Source: Hamiltosporidium tvaerminnensis FI-OER-3-3
Lineage: Eukaryota; Fungi; Microsporidia
Direction of reading: 5' to 3'
Assembly (NCBI GenBank): GCA_022605425.2
Contig: CM061253.1
Location: 496,001 to 560,000, forward strand
DNA length: 64,000 nt
The position numbers were made by a program, and so were the translations under genes. Below the pieces are notes generated by a model that searched no databases, was not told the DNA's origin, and saw nothing but the letters and a program-made list of their open reading frames with translations. Positions 1 through 14,794 of this stretch are shown one piece after another. Positions within the stretch are counted from its first letter, which is position 1. The number at the start of each line of letters is the position of its first letter.

Positions 1-1234
1 AAAGCTACAAAATCATCTTTAATATTGCACTTTCAAGATATTTTAAACAAAACCACACCTAAATTTTGATTTTACACAAATAAATATACTGAATCCTCGT
101 ATTAAAATTCAAAGAAATGTTATGTAAATAGAATTATTACATTTACTTTTTTTGCGACATTTTAAGTTAAATATGCATTAATATAATTATAATTTTTAGA
201 AAACATTTTTTTTCAAGAATTTAAATTTTAATGTTGTATTAAATTTAAAATCAAATTTGTATTTATTAAAGAAGTATTTTATACCAACCGAATTACTTAA
301 GCTCTTCGAAAAATTTCATTCTTTGAATATTTAATTATAAGAAGTATATATGATCAGCTTATTAAATTCAAATGTGTATCTATCATATTATGCTTAATTT
401 CAAAGGTATATAATTTATAAAAACTTACAATAAAGAGCCCATCTTATTTCTTGTTACGTCACTTTGATAAAACTCTTGCCATAATTTAGGATATTGATAT
501 TTTGTTTCTTAACCAATCTATGTTTTCTTAAGATTATTCATGGATTTTCATGCGATTTATTATTGTATCGATCACATACTTCAACCATTGCTTATTATAA
601 AAATAAAGTAAAATGAGCCATGCGATTCAAACAGCAATTCATAAAATTATAGACGCTCAAAATTTTTAAATCCAAGAATCGCCGGGAAGCATATTTAGCG
701 AGAGAAACCATTTATGACCATTTTGCTGCTATATACAGCAACTTGGAAATATTTGAAAGTACAGGGCTAATATCGAGGAACATGATAATGGTAATACAGT
801 CATAGAATCAAATTTAACTAAATACTTTGTAAAATAAAAAAAATGCCGATGTTAATGGTACCAAAACCAAAGCTGTTTCTTAAGATCTTGCTATTCTTGC
901 AGGAGTTTTGATAAACAAAAATATAAGGAAGTCAAAATTCAGGGCGTTGTCCAAGGCTGTTATTTGGAACGTTGTTGAGCTTGTTAGTGATAATTTTTTT
1001 TGCTTTAAACGAAACAACGAAGTGTGTATTTGGAAAAGAATCTCACACAAAGTATCCAGTGTATAATCAATTATCTAAAATGGATTTTCTTCATTTATTC
1101 CATTTTATTTCTTTTCTTACTATTTTTTCACTCTATTCGACTTTTATACTATTTTACTGTTATTTGAGTAAATTATGGCTTAAATTGAATTTGAATTTTA
1201 TATTATATAATTTCAGTTGATAACACCAAGGTTA

Positions 1235-1367
1235 AAATAATATTCCCACCTTTAATCATTTACTTCACTCTCTTTAACCATCATTTTTTCTTCTTATGAA
1301 TCCAATTCTTCATTTATATTTATTTTCAGTTTCCCTAGTGGGTTTCTCTCATCTGAAATAAAATATA
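1235..1367 (-). mobile_element. 3'-terminal remnant of an RLE-type non-LTR retrotransposon (left part; continues at 3118-3270 after the mariner insertion)
   Basis: The reverse complement aligns by eye with ~29335-29450 (atttcagatgagagaaacc vs atttcagaagaaggaacc; gaagaattggatt vs gcagagttggatt). Confidence 0.65.
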
Positions 1368-3117
1368 CTCCCTCTGTCCGGAAATATGGTATACATTTCA
1401 AAAAAACTGTAGATTATCGTGAATATAAAAAATAAATAGGCAACCGTCATGATATTGACATAGTAAATATTCATGACAATATAACCGAAAATATTTGACT
1501 TTAGTAATATCATTCTTAGTTAAAAAGTTACCGCTCTAAAATCAGTGTTTCTTAAGTTAAAAAAATTAGTACCGCTGCAAGACGAATATGGAAAACGTGG
1601 AAGGAAATTTGTTGAATTCAGAAAAAAGAGATTAAAAATATAAAGAGTTCCCTAAAGAACAACGTCAAGGTATTTTAGAAAAATTATTACAGCAGATGAA
1701 GGAGAATAAGTTAAATCACGGTGCCATCAACGAAGTTTCTCCTGCTTTTCAAGTCTCCCGGCTAAACTTTTGCAGAATTTGGCATGCAGCACAAACAATA
1801 CAGAAAGGGCAAGATATATGCCGATGTTTCTTCAAAAAAGAAAAAAAAATGCCGAAGAAAACCTAAAGAATATTTAAACAATTTAGCGCAAATAAAGAAT
1901 ACACCATTAAAACGTCAGGAACGCCCTGCAGTCTTTTCTTTGCAATTGTATTCCAAATAGACTTTGTTTGATATATTCAAGTCGGGAAAGTATATCAAGA
2001 GAATATCTTCTACAGTTAAACCAACTTTAACAGATAAAAATAAAATGGACAGATTGAAATTTTGCTTGTCTAAAGTAAATCTTGCTAAAAATGGATAGGT
2101 TGTTTTTGATGATTTGTACGACTACGTTCACGTTGATGAAAAGTGGTTTTATCTAACCAAAGTTAAGCGCTCTTATTAATTAATGTTAAACGAAGAAAAT
2201 CCGGAGAGAAACTGCAAAAGTAAGCGATTTATTACGAAAATAATGTTCATGGCTGCAGTAGCTCGACCACGCTATGATGCACATCGAAAGCTTTATTTTG
2301 ATGGGAAAATTGGAATATGGCCATTTGTTTATTAAGAACCAGCTAAAGAAATTCTAAAAATAGGGCTAAAGGGACAATGATAACAAAAAATGTGGAATCT
2401 TTTACAGCAGTACATTGCAAAAACATGATTATTGATAGTGTAATTCTCGCAATTAAACCTTAATTTCCGCCAGCATATAAAAAGAAAACAATTTACGTAC
2501 AACAAGACAATGAAAAACCCTATTTTTCTGATAATGATGCAGATATTGTCGCTCTTGGTTCTGCTGATCACTGGAATATTAAATTTAAGGCGCAACCGAC
2601 AAATAGCCCCGATTTAAATGTTCTTGATTTAGGTTTTTTCAACTCCATACAATCGCTGCACCACGAAGCTTCGCCACACACAATTGACGAATTAATAAAT
2701 TGTGTTTAAGATGCATTTCATCAATTAGAAGCGAATACTCTCGATAACGTTTTTACAACATTGCAAGCATGTATGGAGTCAATTATGTTAGCAGATGGAG
2801 GAAATGGCTATAAAATACCTCATTTAAGTAAAGGAAAACTTCGTCGCGAAGGTCGACTGCTAGAAAAATATGATTGTTCCAAAGAAGCATACGTTAAAGC
2901 CAAATCAAATTTCGAGTGAACTTATTAATTTTAATATATATTTTTTTAAATTTTATTTAATATTTACATTAATATTTATTAAAATGTTCGAAATAAAGGT
3001 AATATAATAAACTTTTCATGTACATTTTTTGATTTATTTTATTATTTCGCAAATGTATACGATATTTCCGGACAAAACCATCTCTAAACTGTATACCATA
3101 TTTCCGGACAGAGGGTG
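1368..3117 (+). mobile_element. Tc1/mariner DD39D-family (plant-mariner/Stowaway-type TIR) DNA transposon, 1750 bp
   Basis: 28-bp TIRs: CTCCCTCTGTCCGGAAATATGGTATACA at 1368-1395 and its reverse complement (1 mismatch) at 3090-3117. TA on both sides (1366-67, 3118-19). Extra subterminal TIR copy at 3051-3074. Confidence 0.95.
1588..2919 (+). pseudogene. DD39D transposase pseudogene
   Basis: Motifs YVHVDEKWFYLT (D at 2135), KIMFMAAVARPRYD, FDGKIGIWPF, YVQQDN (D at 2506) and QPTNSPDLNVLDLGFF (D at 2626; 39 residues between the last two Ds). In-frame TAA at 2177, 2333, 2461 and 2707, plus frameshifts. Confidence 0.92.
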
Positions 3118-3270
3118 TATTTATTTTAAAAAAATATTTAACACCATCTTCCTGGTTTTTCGCTGGTTTTAAAGGAATTGCTGGTGCATGAGCATCTCGG
3201 ATTTTTTAGTAACACACTTGTAGGCTCTTTACCACCAGTAATCGGCATTTGATCTCGAATCAAGTACTCT
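3118..3270 (-). mobile_element. RLE-type non-LTR retrotransposon 3' remnant (right part)
   Basis: Reverse complement ccgagatgctcatgcaccagcaattcctttaaaaccagcg...gatggtgttaaa matches ~29245-29320 (ccgagatgcatgagtagccaacactccttttaaaacaagcg...gatgttaaa). Confidence 0.7.
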
Positions 3271-3939
3271 TATTTTAACAAAAAAAAATTTAGACTGTAT
3301 AATTGTATAATATCGAGATTTAAATGTATAACTAAAAACTTATCGATATTTTCAGTGCTTATAGGTATGACTTATAGTATTTTGTTACTTTCTTATTTTT
3401 TATTTTCTGTTATTTTTCTTATAAATTAGAAAGTTAAAAAAATTAATTGAATATAAAATAAGAGAAGATAGAGTTGATTCAATTTGTGTCATATATACCT
3501 GCAAATATTTATTTTTATCTAAACACATAATGGCTAAATATTTGCCTGGTTATTTAATTTGCTTTTTTAAGAATTTTAGAAAGATAGAAGAGAGGCGGTA
3601 AATATGAGAATAAGTTTAATGCATGTAATTGTTCATCAGAATTTCTCTGTTAGCCTAAAATGCTATAAATTATCTTATAGTAAGTTATTACTACGACAGT
3701 AATTAGATAAAAATACGAATAAAACGATAAATTAATCACGAAAAAAAAAATCAAGTCAGGTGAAATGAAAAACACACAGGTGCAATCAAAATTAGAAAAA
3801 AATATGATTTCAGCCTTAGATATACAATAAAACATAAAAAAATGAAAGTTTATTTTAAATTCATCTATAAAAAGTAAATTGTAAAAGTATTTAATAGTTT
3901 CAAATTCTGAAATTAAAGGATGAATTTATAAGAATAAAT

Positions 3940-5510
3940 ATGAAATATTTGCTTATATTTTTATTTATAATGTAATTAAGTTGACCGCCTTTGAAAATGA
4001 CGATAATTATTTTTTAACCTGGTTTATAAAGAAATTACGATGCTTAATAGACAAGAAGAACATCGGATTCTGTTTAGGAAATTTTCTAACAAAAGTAGCA
4101 GCCTATTCTTCTTTTCCAGGGAAAAAAATAAACTGTTTTTTACTAATTTTGGATAACGGCAATGATACTTCGGAATTTAGAGTGATAAAGTTATCCCTTT
4201 GATACGTTAATGTGCAAAAAAATACAAAAATATGTTTGTTAAAAATACCATAAAAATTTTGATAAGAAATAATACATTTATAGTTCCGTCGATAATAAAA
4301 ATTAAAAAACTTAAGGAATATATTGATGAATGTGAGAAAAGAGAACTGAAAAACGGAAAATTAATGGATCTACAAAAAATAATCTCTTTTATTTTATATT
4401 CGAATATGTTTACAAAATTAAAGAATGGATTTCAAAATCAGACTGTGGCGCGTATTTTACTCAACATTTTTTAAAAAAAACATGGGTTTAAGTATCAAGC
4501 CTCTGTTTGAAGATTTAAAGGAAACAGAGCCAATGACATTTACGTTCTCAAGTATCGAAAATAAATTGATGGATAAACATATTCATCCTATGTATTTTTT
4601 ATTGTTTTTGAATTCCAAATTAGAAGTAAATGATATGCAAGAACCAGCTTTTGAAATATTCAATTCAATATCACCTATTTCGAAGTTTTTCTTGTATGAA
4701 GTAATTAGTGATGGTATTTCGGCATTTTTTTCACTATTCAGTACCAAAATACTAAGAATTCTCAAAGAATCACAGAAAAAACTTCGAAAAGGCTAATAAT
4801 TGGATTGCTGTTAAAATAATTTTCCAACGGTTTTTATTATTCGACTTTTTTCGCAACACTACGATTGGCTGTTTTAAAGTCTGTTAAAGGAATTCTAGTT
4901 CACACATGCAGCTGAAATTAAAGTATTTGAAATTTTACATGATCTTCAAAATGGTTAGAAACCTTAATCAACTGAGAAATGACGAAAGTGAGCCTCTAGA
5001 AATTTATAAAAATGAAAATAATTTGACAACTCATATAAACTTCAAGAAAGATCCACGGAATCTAATCTAGTAAATTTGGTAAAAGGTTTACCGAAAAAAA
5101 TAGTTATAAGCATTCTTAAATATTGTTCCGAGATCAAAAATATTATATTTAAAGGTGACACAAATAAAATGAATAACAAAAAAACGAATACTCGTCTAAT
5201 AAATTGTTTAAAAATACCAATGAAGCAATTTTAACCAATAAAAAAGATGTTTCTAATTTCATAAGAAAATTTATTGCATACGCGATTTTTTATAATAAAC
5301 ATGATAAAATTGAATTTATAAAAGAATGTAGTGACTCCTTTGAAGCATTCAAAGATTCGAACTGGCTTTTTTGTTTATATATGTGGAATATACTAAAGAA
5401 TACAGTGATGCTCGTGGTTAATCTTCTATACCAAAGTTTTTCTTCTTAAAGACTGGAAGAAAAACGGGATCTGTTTGCACCGACTTTAGGCTTTTTCTAA
5501 TATAATTTAT
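3940..5510 (+). pseudogene. Fragmented lineage-specific gene with a signal-peptide-like N terminus (paralog A)
   Basis: Begins MKYLLIFLF, then successive same-strand ORFs 3981, 4232, 4425 and 5204 in shifting frames. Shares HIHPMYFLLFLNS / FINPMHFILLLIS with 11870-13240. Confidence 0.5.
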
Positions 5511-5880
5511 ATAAAAATTATCGGGATAAAATGGTTTTAATTTAAAGTAAAAATAATTATTTGATCTTAAAAGAAATCGCCTAATATACATTTTTTGATT
5601 TCAGCTTTATTTTCTTATTATTTCTATCTAATAATTCACTAAAATTTTATTAAACAAATATTGCATCTATTAAGCTCTTTAAACCAGATTTTAGAACCAT
5701 GTAACTTTCTACTTATGATAACTAGATAGAATGTTATCGAAAACTCGATTTTTTGAACTATATTACTAATTTTTTTTACAAATCCACCCATAACGCGTAT
5801 ACACGTCATTCCTTAGGAAGAATGATACAACTATAAATAAACAAAAATATTTGTAAAACTATTTTTATTCAACTTTATTT

Positions 5881-6528
<648 letters not shown>

Positions 6529-6807
6529 TTGTAAAACTATAAAATATATATTCAATAAATAAAAAATTTCGTTTAAAAGACGTTATAACAAGTAAAAATA
6601 GATTTCCACTATGAAAAAAGTTGTAAATAATAATTTTATTAATATGGAGGACACAAAAAATAAACTCGAAGTAGAATCTATAATTTTACGAAATAAATTA
6701 TCTTGTTATAAATATTAGAGGGAAACAATAAAATGGAATGAAGCTATACATGCTTTCTAATCAACATGTTGGTATTAATAGAATATAGAACTTTTTTAAT
6801 ATATACT

Positions 6808-7526
6808 GGTGGAGGGAGGATAACCACATAAAAAACTTTCTGCTTGGTAATGAGTGTGGGAAACTAGTGTGAGGTCATTGTTTGGATTTTTGGTGTGAAT
6901 AAACCACACTACATCTTTGGTTTTTCCCTCGGGGTTTTTATTAGGAGGAGAGGTCTAAGAAATGAAGAAACTTTTTCTACGATTTATTTGAGGTTTTTTA
7001 TGTAACTAGATGGCAGACCGCATCTGAAATTTTAGGTAAATACCATGTAAAAACATAGAAACCTAGGCTGCTCACTGGGGTCAGAAGACTTAGCGCTAGG
7101 GAAATATAAAAATTAAAACCATTAAAGCCGGGGGAGCTAAGTAGCGGGTTATACCTGTTGGTATGACATTGCCTTGTCTAGGTGGACTCATGTAAATCTC
7201 TGAAATATATCTTAGCTAGAAGTTTATTGGGTTCAGAAAGTGTAGAGTAAGTGGGAATGCTGCATAGTCTTGGGGGAGCCCAGAAGGGGCTTCGGCCTTC
7301 GATCATACTCCATGCAACTGAAATTAACGAAATCCAAGCAACTGCTTCGCCTAGTAATCAGGTTCTATACAGTCGGTAGATGAAAGGCTTTGGGATGTAG
7401 GTATCCTAAGGGATACTGATGTAGTGCTGGGGAGCGGTTAGATGTAAAACCAGAACTGGTTTAATGCAATGAAAAAAAATATAACTTATGCCACTGTTTT
7501 AAAAAGATGTGATACTTTTTAATAAA
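6808..7526 (+). mobile_element. ~720-bp structured non-coding dispersed element, copy 1 (subfamily A)
   Basis: Starts GGTGGAGGGAGGATAACCACATAAAAAACTTTCTGCTTGG and ends AAAAAGATGTGATACTTTTTAATAAA. Colinear with the other copies. Confidence 0.9.
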
Positions 7527-9459
7527 GAGTTATCAAAGAAAAAAATAAACCTATATACTTGTACTATAAGTGCTATATGTGTGTATTTTTTTGGTATTCG
7601 TAAAATTTCTAAATTGATTATGTGTTTTGAAAAAATTAAATATGCTTTTACGTGTTTTTATGATGTTGAAGATATCATTTTCAAACGCAAAATAAATTAA
7701 AAATAAAGAAACTTAAAACATCTGAAAACTCATCAAACTAAAGGTTCTAGAAAAGTTGAAATTTTTTTTTTGAGAATTTATCTTTCGCTGATTTTTAACT
7801 ATATCACCTTAAACGCATGTTTAGAATAAAAAACGAAGAATTTTCGAAAATTGACGTCATACATGGGATGCCTTGCAAATTTCACTCTATTGTAACGAGT
7901 CTTCATCTAAAAATTAACCTAAGATATGACGAACAACAGCATTCAACAATTATTTATTAACATACGGGCTCATACATTTACTGCTCATATTGAATAAGGT
8001 AGAAACAGTGAAAACGGTTTGTCTATCTCTTTTGTTTTTAAGAAAAAATAATTTTTTAAGAAATACCTAAAAAGACTTTTCAGAACTTTTATGGTGTTAC
8101 ATCGGCAGATTATATTTACCTCGATCATCAAAATAGTAAAACTGTACATTATAAAACATATTAAAGATATCGAAATATGATCGCTAAAATCAACCTTGAA
8201 ATGTAATTTTTTTTATCAGTTATACTTTTTAAACGAATCTGCTTGTTATTGACTTTAGATGATGAGTGTTTGAACATAATTAAGAAATATAGAAAAATTA
8301 ATAGGATAGTAGATTACAGAGAATTAAAACCTCCACCTAATAATTCAATAGTTTCGTTCAAATTTACTTTGCTTTCAAATGAATAGGCAGGTTTTCGCCA
8401 TTGATATAAACGCTCTGTAGTGTGTATTATTTAGGCGCAAATATATATAATGAGAAATAAAAAAGAAATGTTAACCTAGATTCGCCTATAAACAAAACAT
8501 ACAAAGTGAAATTACATAGCCTGTCGTAATAAAGATCTTTACGGTAAGATCCTGGTGTGAAAACTCTTGATCCTAAAAAGAAAAACTTGCGCCTGTCAAT
8601 CTAAAATAGTGCCGTTGTGATTTTTGAAAGGCTCTGTTTTTGATAATTGATTTTTTTAGTCTTAAAGCAAATAGCATTGAATATTAAAGTAAACGCGATT
8701 TAAAAATTTCGTAAGTTCTATCTATCTCTACTTAGAATTTATCGTAAGTTATCAGAACTTTGCAATCCGTGCAAATATATATTTTCTATGAGACTGGCAG
8801 TTTTGTTCCAAGGATAGATCAGGCCTTTGGGTATAAACAACAACAAAAAGCATCATACATGTTTTTTCTTAATCCTTTCGGGCCTTGTTTTTTTTGTAAG
8901 ATTTTTCAAATCTTTAACTTACTTCAAACCTAGAATCTTTCTTGAATTCATTTCATAATTGCATAAGAAAAGGCTTTTACGAAGTTAAATAAATATCTAG
9001 ATTTATTACGAAAATTATTAACTTGCAACACATCACAAGCTCCTCTTTTCTGTAGCAAGTTTATGTGTTATATTACAAAAAGAAGTTACTAAGAGAAACC
9101 AATCATTAAACTAATTTTCCCACGTTTGTATAATTATATGACAGAAGTACCATAAAAGATTTGGTTTGAAGGTCGAAAAATGAGGATTGTGTTCAGATAA
9201 CTAGTAAAAAGAGTAGAGAATGTCAAATCTCAAAAAAATTATCCCTCTGTTTTTACTTTCAATAAAAATACTATGAAAATCGAACGAAAATATTATAGTC
9301 AAACACAATTATGATTTTAGAAATTATGCTTATGTCATCAAAGAATTAAATAACAATCATGTTGGTCAGATTTTGATCATTATTGATTAAAAAAGAAAAA
9401 ATATATGTTTAAGTAGACCCGAAAGAATGTGAATATTAAAAACGAATATTAATACTACA

Positions 9460-11292
9460 ATGAAATAATTATTTAATTTTTATTTTTGTCTTTTTTATAA
9501 AGTTTCCAAGTCTCTTCTAAATATTAAATATACAGAAGTAGCAATACATAGAAAAGTTTTCTTTTTACGAATAATCATATTGTTAATTGATTTTCTGCGG
9601 TTTTTTTAAATGAAAGACAAAGATTGGGAATTATGATAGCGAATTAATTAAATTTTTTAGTTAAATTGGTAGCTAAATTTCATACAGAGCGTCAAAAGAA
9701 TGATGATAATGACTCTGAAGATACCGTTATTCTTGAAAGTATAATTATTTTTTTACGAATGAAAATAAATATTAGAAAATAGCAGTCAATAGTGAAATTT
9801 CTTAAATTAACAGAAAAAGTAGACAATCTGCATACACTCTACGAAAATGAATTTTTCACATTAAATGAATAAAAAAACATTATTTCATTAAATAATAAAC
9901 TTGAAATATCATTATTAAGCTATCATACAGGTCATTTTCAATTTAACTGCCGACTTATTTAGATACGAGTTTTACGTGAGATTTGATGACTAAAAAGTCA
10001 TATCTATAACACACTTTAGAGCGTAAATTAACTTCTTTGAATCCATTCTGATGATATCTGCACGATTATGAATTGCTTAGTGGATGTATAATTTGCAAAT
10101 TATTCGATTGGCTAAGATATTGTAAAAAAATATAAATTTTTTAAACATACGTTTTAAAGTGATAATATAGCAAACCAACCTTGCTCTGCTAAAATCTCTA
10201 TTTAATTCCAATATAGTATAGAATATAATATCACGAGACAAATATTAAGACCAAACTAGTGAATTTCTTGATTAAAATGAAAGTCTGAAACCAAATTTAA
10301 AGTTATATAATGCTAGACCTAAACGCTAGGATATTGATAATAATCAAAAGTCTTAATATCAAAAACAATTACAAAGACAAAACGTGATTTATTGCTACAT
10401 TCGAGAGAAATAGTATTCAGAGATGAATAGGAAAGATGTAACACAGTAAACATTTTAGATGTTCGGTAGAGCTCTATGCTACTGGTTCATGAAAAATACC
10501 CTGATCGGAATAAACTAGACCTTAAAATAAGGTAACTAGGGATTCAATTCTATTATATAGATATCATTTTAAGTCTTTAATGCGAATCATAAGTCATTTA
10601 ATTACAGAAAAACTTTAAATGCGTATAAAATTGTTTACACAATAACATTAATGTCAAAATTTGTTATAATAGGGCCATATATGTTATTCCAGGCGAGAGT
10701 ATAAACAAGATTGCACTCTTAATCTAAAAATTATACGAAATCATTCACTTGAAATCATTTAACCGTTTAAACAAGAAAGTAAGACCTATTTAATCAAGCG
10801 TTTCGGGTTCATTTATAAATTTTTATCGAGATAATTTTGAATGTGATAACTGAAGAGGTATTATGACAAATCCCTCTATATTGTATCTTTAAATCAACCA
10901 GATACCTGTAAAGATAGAAACTTTTATATCTGAAACAAATTGATAAAAATAATATAGAAACCAGTTCTCTTGAGAAAAGACTTGAATCCGAATCAAATAA
11001 AAGCCGAACAGAAATTTAAACGCATTGTTTAGATATCGTAAAAACCTCTAAATGTTCTCGTATCTAAATATTTATTCTGCTAATCACAATTCAGTACCGA
11101 TTATTAGTGCTAAACAGTCAAAAACATTACATTTATATTTTAGATAAACAAACCCTGATAAGAAAAACTAGAAATAGACATAAACCAAGATCTGATATAG
11201 AATATTTAAATAATATTGCTAATAAATTCGATGAGACAGAATATATTTATTCTGGAATTCAAAATACCAAAAAATATTTATTATTAATCTAA
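9460..11292 (+). pseudogene. Heavily decayed lineage-specific (LRR-like) gene
   Basis: Coding-like fragments rich in L/I/N/K with many stops. Only the 11107-11292 ORF survives, and the family assignment is weak. Confidence 0.25.
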
Positions 11293-11869
11293 ATATAAAA
11301 ATTCAGTTACGGGAATTTGAGATGATATAAATTCATTAAAAAAAACCTACAACAACAAATTTTCGTAATTCTTCATAAACATTTATAGAGGTGATACTAA
11401 TATTTATGAAGTTCATTTGAGAACTTTATAACATTCAAATTTATAGTAGCCTTACACGGAAACACTTTTTTTATTACGATTTTATGTGGAAAAATATAAC
11501 TATAATTTTTGTCTGTCTAAAATATATATTTTTGAAAGTATCAAATACAGAAGTTCGACTTTAGACAAAATCAAACGCAATAAGCACAAATAATGAAATA
11601 TTTTGCGAGTTTTTTCTCCATCAAAATGCCTAAAAACCAGCATCATGTTATAATTTCTAGGAAATAAAACATAATATTTTTTTTCGAAATCAAAAGTGAT
11701 TCTAATTAAAATATAAAGGAAATCAATTTTATTTTATCGGATTTTTGTTAAAAATATAGAAAATACCAAAAATATCGTTTGATTAAAATAAATTATAAAA
11801 AATAAAATTTTAAATACATTTAGCAGTTCCGAGTCTAAAACTAAAAAACGAAATTCGAAGGAAAAAAAC

Positions 11870-13240
11870 ATGAAATTTATTCCTATATTTTTAATATTTA
11901 TTAATTGTAGTAAATCAACTATGTTTGACAAATATTACTATACCAACCAAAGTTCTAATTGGATTTTTTCATGTGCTATACAAGAAATCTACGGTTTTTT
12001 TAAAGAATATGTCCAAAAAAATTGATAAAATTTCTTCTTTTTAAGAGAAAGAAAACATATTTTTGTTTGACTATCTTAGAGTTCACTATTTTGAATGAAG
12101 AGATTTTTTGTGATAAAATAGTGGCCTTGTATACGCATATGGAAAAAAATATAAGCTCGTTTTGAAAAATTTTTATAAATCATATTTAAAATATAATTTG
12201 TTTATTTTTCCGGGTTTAATAAAAATTAAAAACTTCGAGAATATGTTCTAGATTATAAACTGAAGGCTTCAACTAGCGAAAACTCATATTTTTTACAAAG
12301 AAATCAACTTTTTACTTTTATGAACGAGCACAATGATGAAATTTAGGATTTGATTTCTCAACAGAAACCGGCATTTATTTTATCAGAAATATTTTTATTG
12401 ATAACATCATGGAATTTAATAATAAATTTTTGTTTGGAATATCAATAAGAAGCGAATTAGTTAAAGAATAAATGCAGAAAATGAAATGAAAAATAATTTT
12501 ATTAATCCTATGCACTTTATATTATTATTGATCTCAGAATTTTTAGTAGATTATTTTTAAGATTCTACTATTTAAATTTTTAACTTATTACAATCTATTT
12601 CAAACGGATCTTCGTACGAAATCTTAGGTAATCTTATGAATAATTTTCAATCCTTTTTAATATTAAAAAAAAATCAGAAAATCATCTACAATACACTAAG
12701 GAAACCAATAAATAGCAAGGATTGTGTTGCTTCTGGTAAGTCCCACCTTCAAACTATAAATATTTCTTATTTTTTTGTAAAGCTTCGAGGTTCTGTCGAA
12801 AATTATTATAATAAAATAAAAAATTTGATATAAAAAAGCCGAAAAGTTATTTTAAAGTTTGTAGAATCCTGATTACACTATTAAGAATATAAATATTCGA
12901 ACAATGAAAAAATGTCTTCATTTCATATTTCAGAGGAAGAAAACTTCTATGGATTATCTCAACATTTAGATTCTTTTTGTGAAGATTGTTTGCATCAATT
13001 GCTTAAAATCCTATCCAAATTATTGTTAAGAAGATCTTTACAATTATTATGAACGGAAAAACGGTAGCAACGAAAATGAATACAAAAAAGAGAAAATATA
13101 AAAAATAATATATAATAAAATATCAGAAAATAAAGATATCCCGCTGTTATATGTGAGTAAAAAAATAAATAATTTTCACTTAACGAACAAGACAATACAA
13201 ATTTCTAGATTCTTTTAATAAGGTTTTTGAATTTAAATTG
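11870..13240 (+). pseudogene. Fragmented lineage-specific gene, paralog B of 3940-5510
   Basis: Begins MKFIPIFLIFINC. 12500-12550 (attaatcctatgcactttatattattattg) matches 4580-4620 (attcatcctatgtattttttattgtttttg). Confidence 0.45.
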
Positions 13241-13659
13241 ATATTTTTAGCAATATAAGATAAAAACCTCAAGACATTGATCATGATTCCTATTAATCTT
13301 GCATATAAATCCACCTTCATCCATGACATAGTACCGAGTACATCGTTGAAACGAACTTAAAGTTGCATTTAAATTGATTATTCAAAAATTTTGATTCAAA
13401 AAATTTCCAACGAAGTATATTTTTATTTTAGTGAAACAAAAGTTTAAACAAATAATTATTTTATTTTTAAAAAATAATTGTACCTTCCTTTGACTATTTT
13501 GAAAATTCTAGTAGTAACGCAATTTTGTTATCATAGAAATATCAAAACGCAATTCACAGCCCTTTATATATCATAAAAAATATATTAAACTTAAAATCCT
13601 GGTATTACCTTACTAAATTACATACTAATAAAGTTAAGAATATATTTAGAGGAGAAATA

Positions 13660-14372
13660 AAAATTAAAAAAAAACATTAATTTTTTTATGCACAGGGCAT
13701 ATTTAATATTGTTTTCACTGCACTAACTCAGCCGAGGTTCAATATAAATAATTGTGCACTATTTATACCATGGGTACTTACACTCTACCATACCTACGTT
13801 TCAATGATTTTGATTTAGCTATTTAGAACCTTATAATAGTGAAGATGTAGTTCTACTATCGTTAGTGTTCTTTGTATGGGGTTTTATAGCAAATAAAACC
13901 TAATCCTGTGTTATTTCCCACTACAGTATTCCCTTTATTCATACCTTCCTAATCCAATAAAATTCTGCTAAATATATCTCGACAACTTTCATACAATCAA
14001 ACTAGACGCTGTAATCTCATATCAACAAAATTTTCCTACTATTTAGCTCTCGTGGATTTAAAGAGTGTGTTTTTATAGCTTCAAGGCGTAAGTCTTATAA
14101 TCCGAGGGAACAAGGTTAGGTTTCCTTGCTTTTACATGACAATTACATACGATTTAATGAGCTGTCTATAATATACCCGCATAAAAACTACAAAAAAAAT
14201 TTATAGAGCTGGTTTCGTGATTCCTCAGACCTTCTGCTTCTCATACTAACCCATCCGGAAGAATCGAAAATACAGTTCAGTTATATTCCTACTAAAAATT
14301 CAAACAATGATTTCTACACCAATCATTATACTCTTTGCTAATTAGATAGTTTTTAATGATCATCTTCGTCTT
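13660..14372 (-). mobile_element. ~720-bp structured element, copy 2 (highly degenerate)
   Basis: Reverse-complement landmarks occur in the expected order, e.g. ggcgtaagtctt...aaggttaggtttccttgcttttacatgacaattac (14085-14147), tccaataaa, tacctacg. Confidence 0.75.
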
Positions 14373-14794
14373 TTGTAAGCTATAGTATTTAAGCTATTTA
14401 TTCTCTAAAAAAACATCTAAATATAGACTTGATTTAATTCTTGACAAAGAAAACTTAAATTTTAATAATTGTTCGTAAAAAATTATATTTCTTTTTGAAA
14501 AATATTAACTAGAAAATTTATAAACGAAAAATTTTTAGATCGAATTACAGACGGCAGATAATACAAGTATTTTTTTGATTGCTATATTTAGATTATGTAT
14601 ATTTCAAAGTAAAAATCAGGAATTATATTGTTTATAATAAAGTTAATATTAAATATTATTTTGGTTTTTAGAATACAGATTTTTACTTATCATGTCAACT
14701 ATAAGAATTAAAATATGCTTATAGAATTTTAAAGGCATGACGAAAGCCAAAAAACTCATTGTCAACCAAAAAAGCCTTTGTTTTTCTATATATT

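Noticed and set aside
2177-2709. In-frame TAA codons in the transposase as evidence of stop-codon reassignment
   Set aside because: Core genes end in TAA, TAG or TGA with no internal stops, eRF1 motifs are canonical, and the transposase also has frameshifts.
8300-9100. Possible minus-strand non-LTR RT remnant
   Set aside because: Only faint motif hints (FIPKG); too degraded to support.
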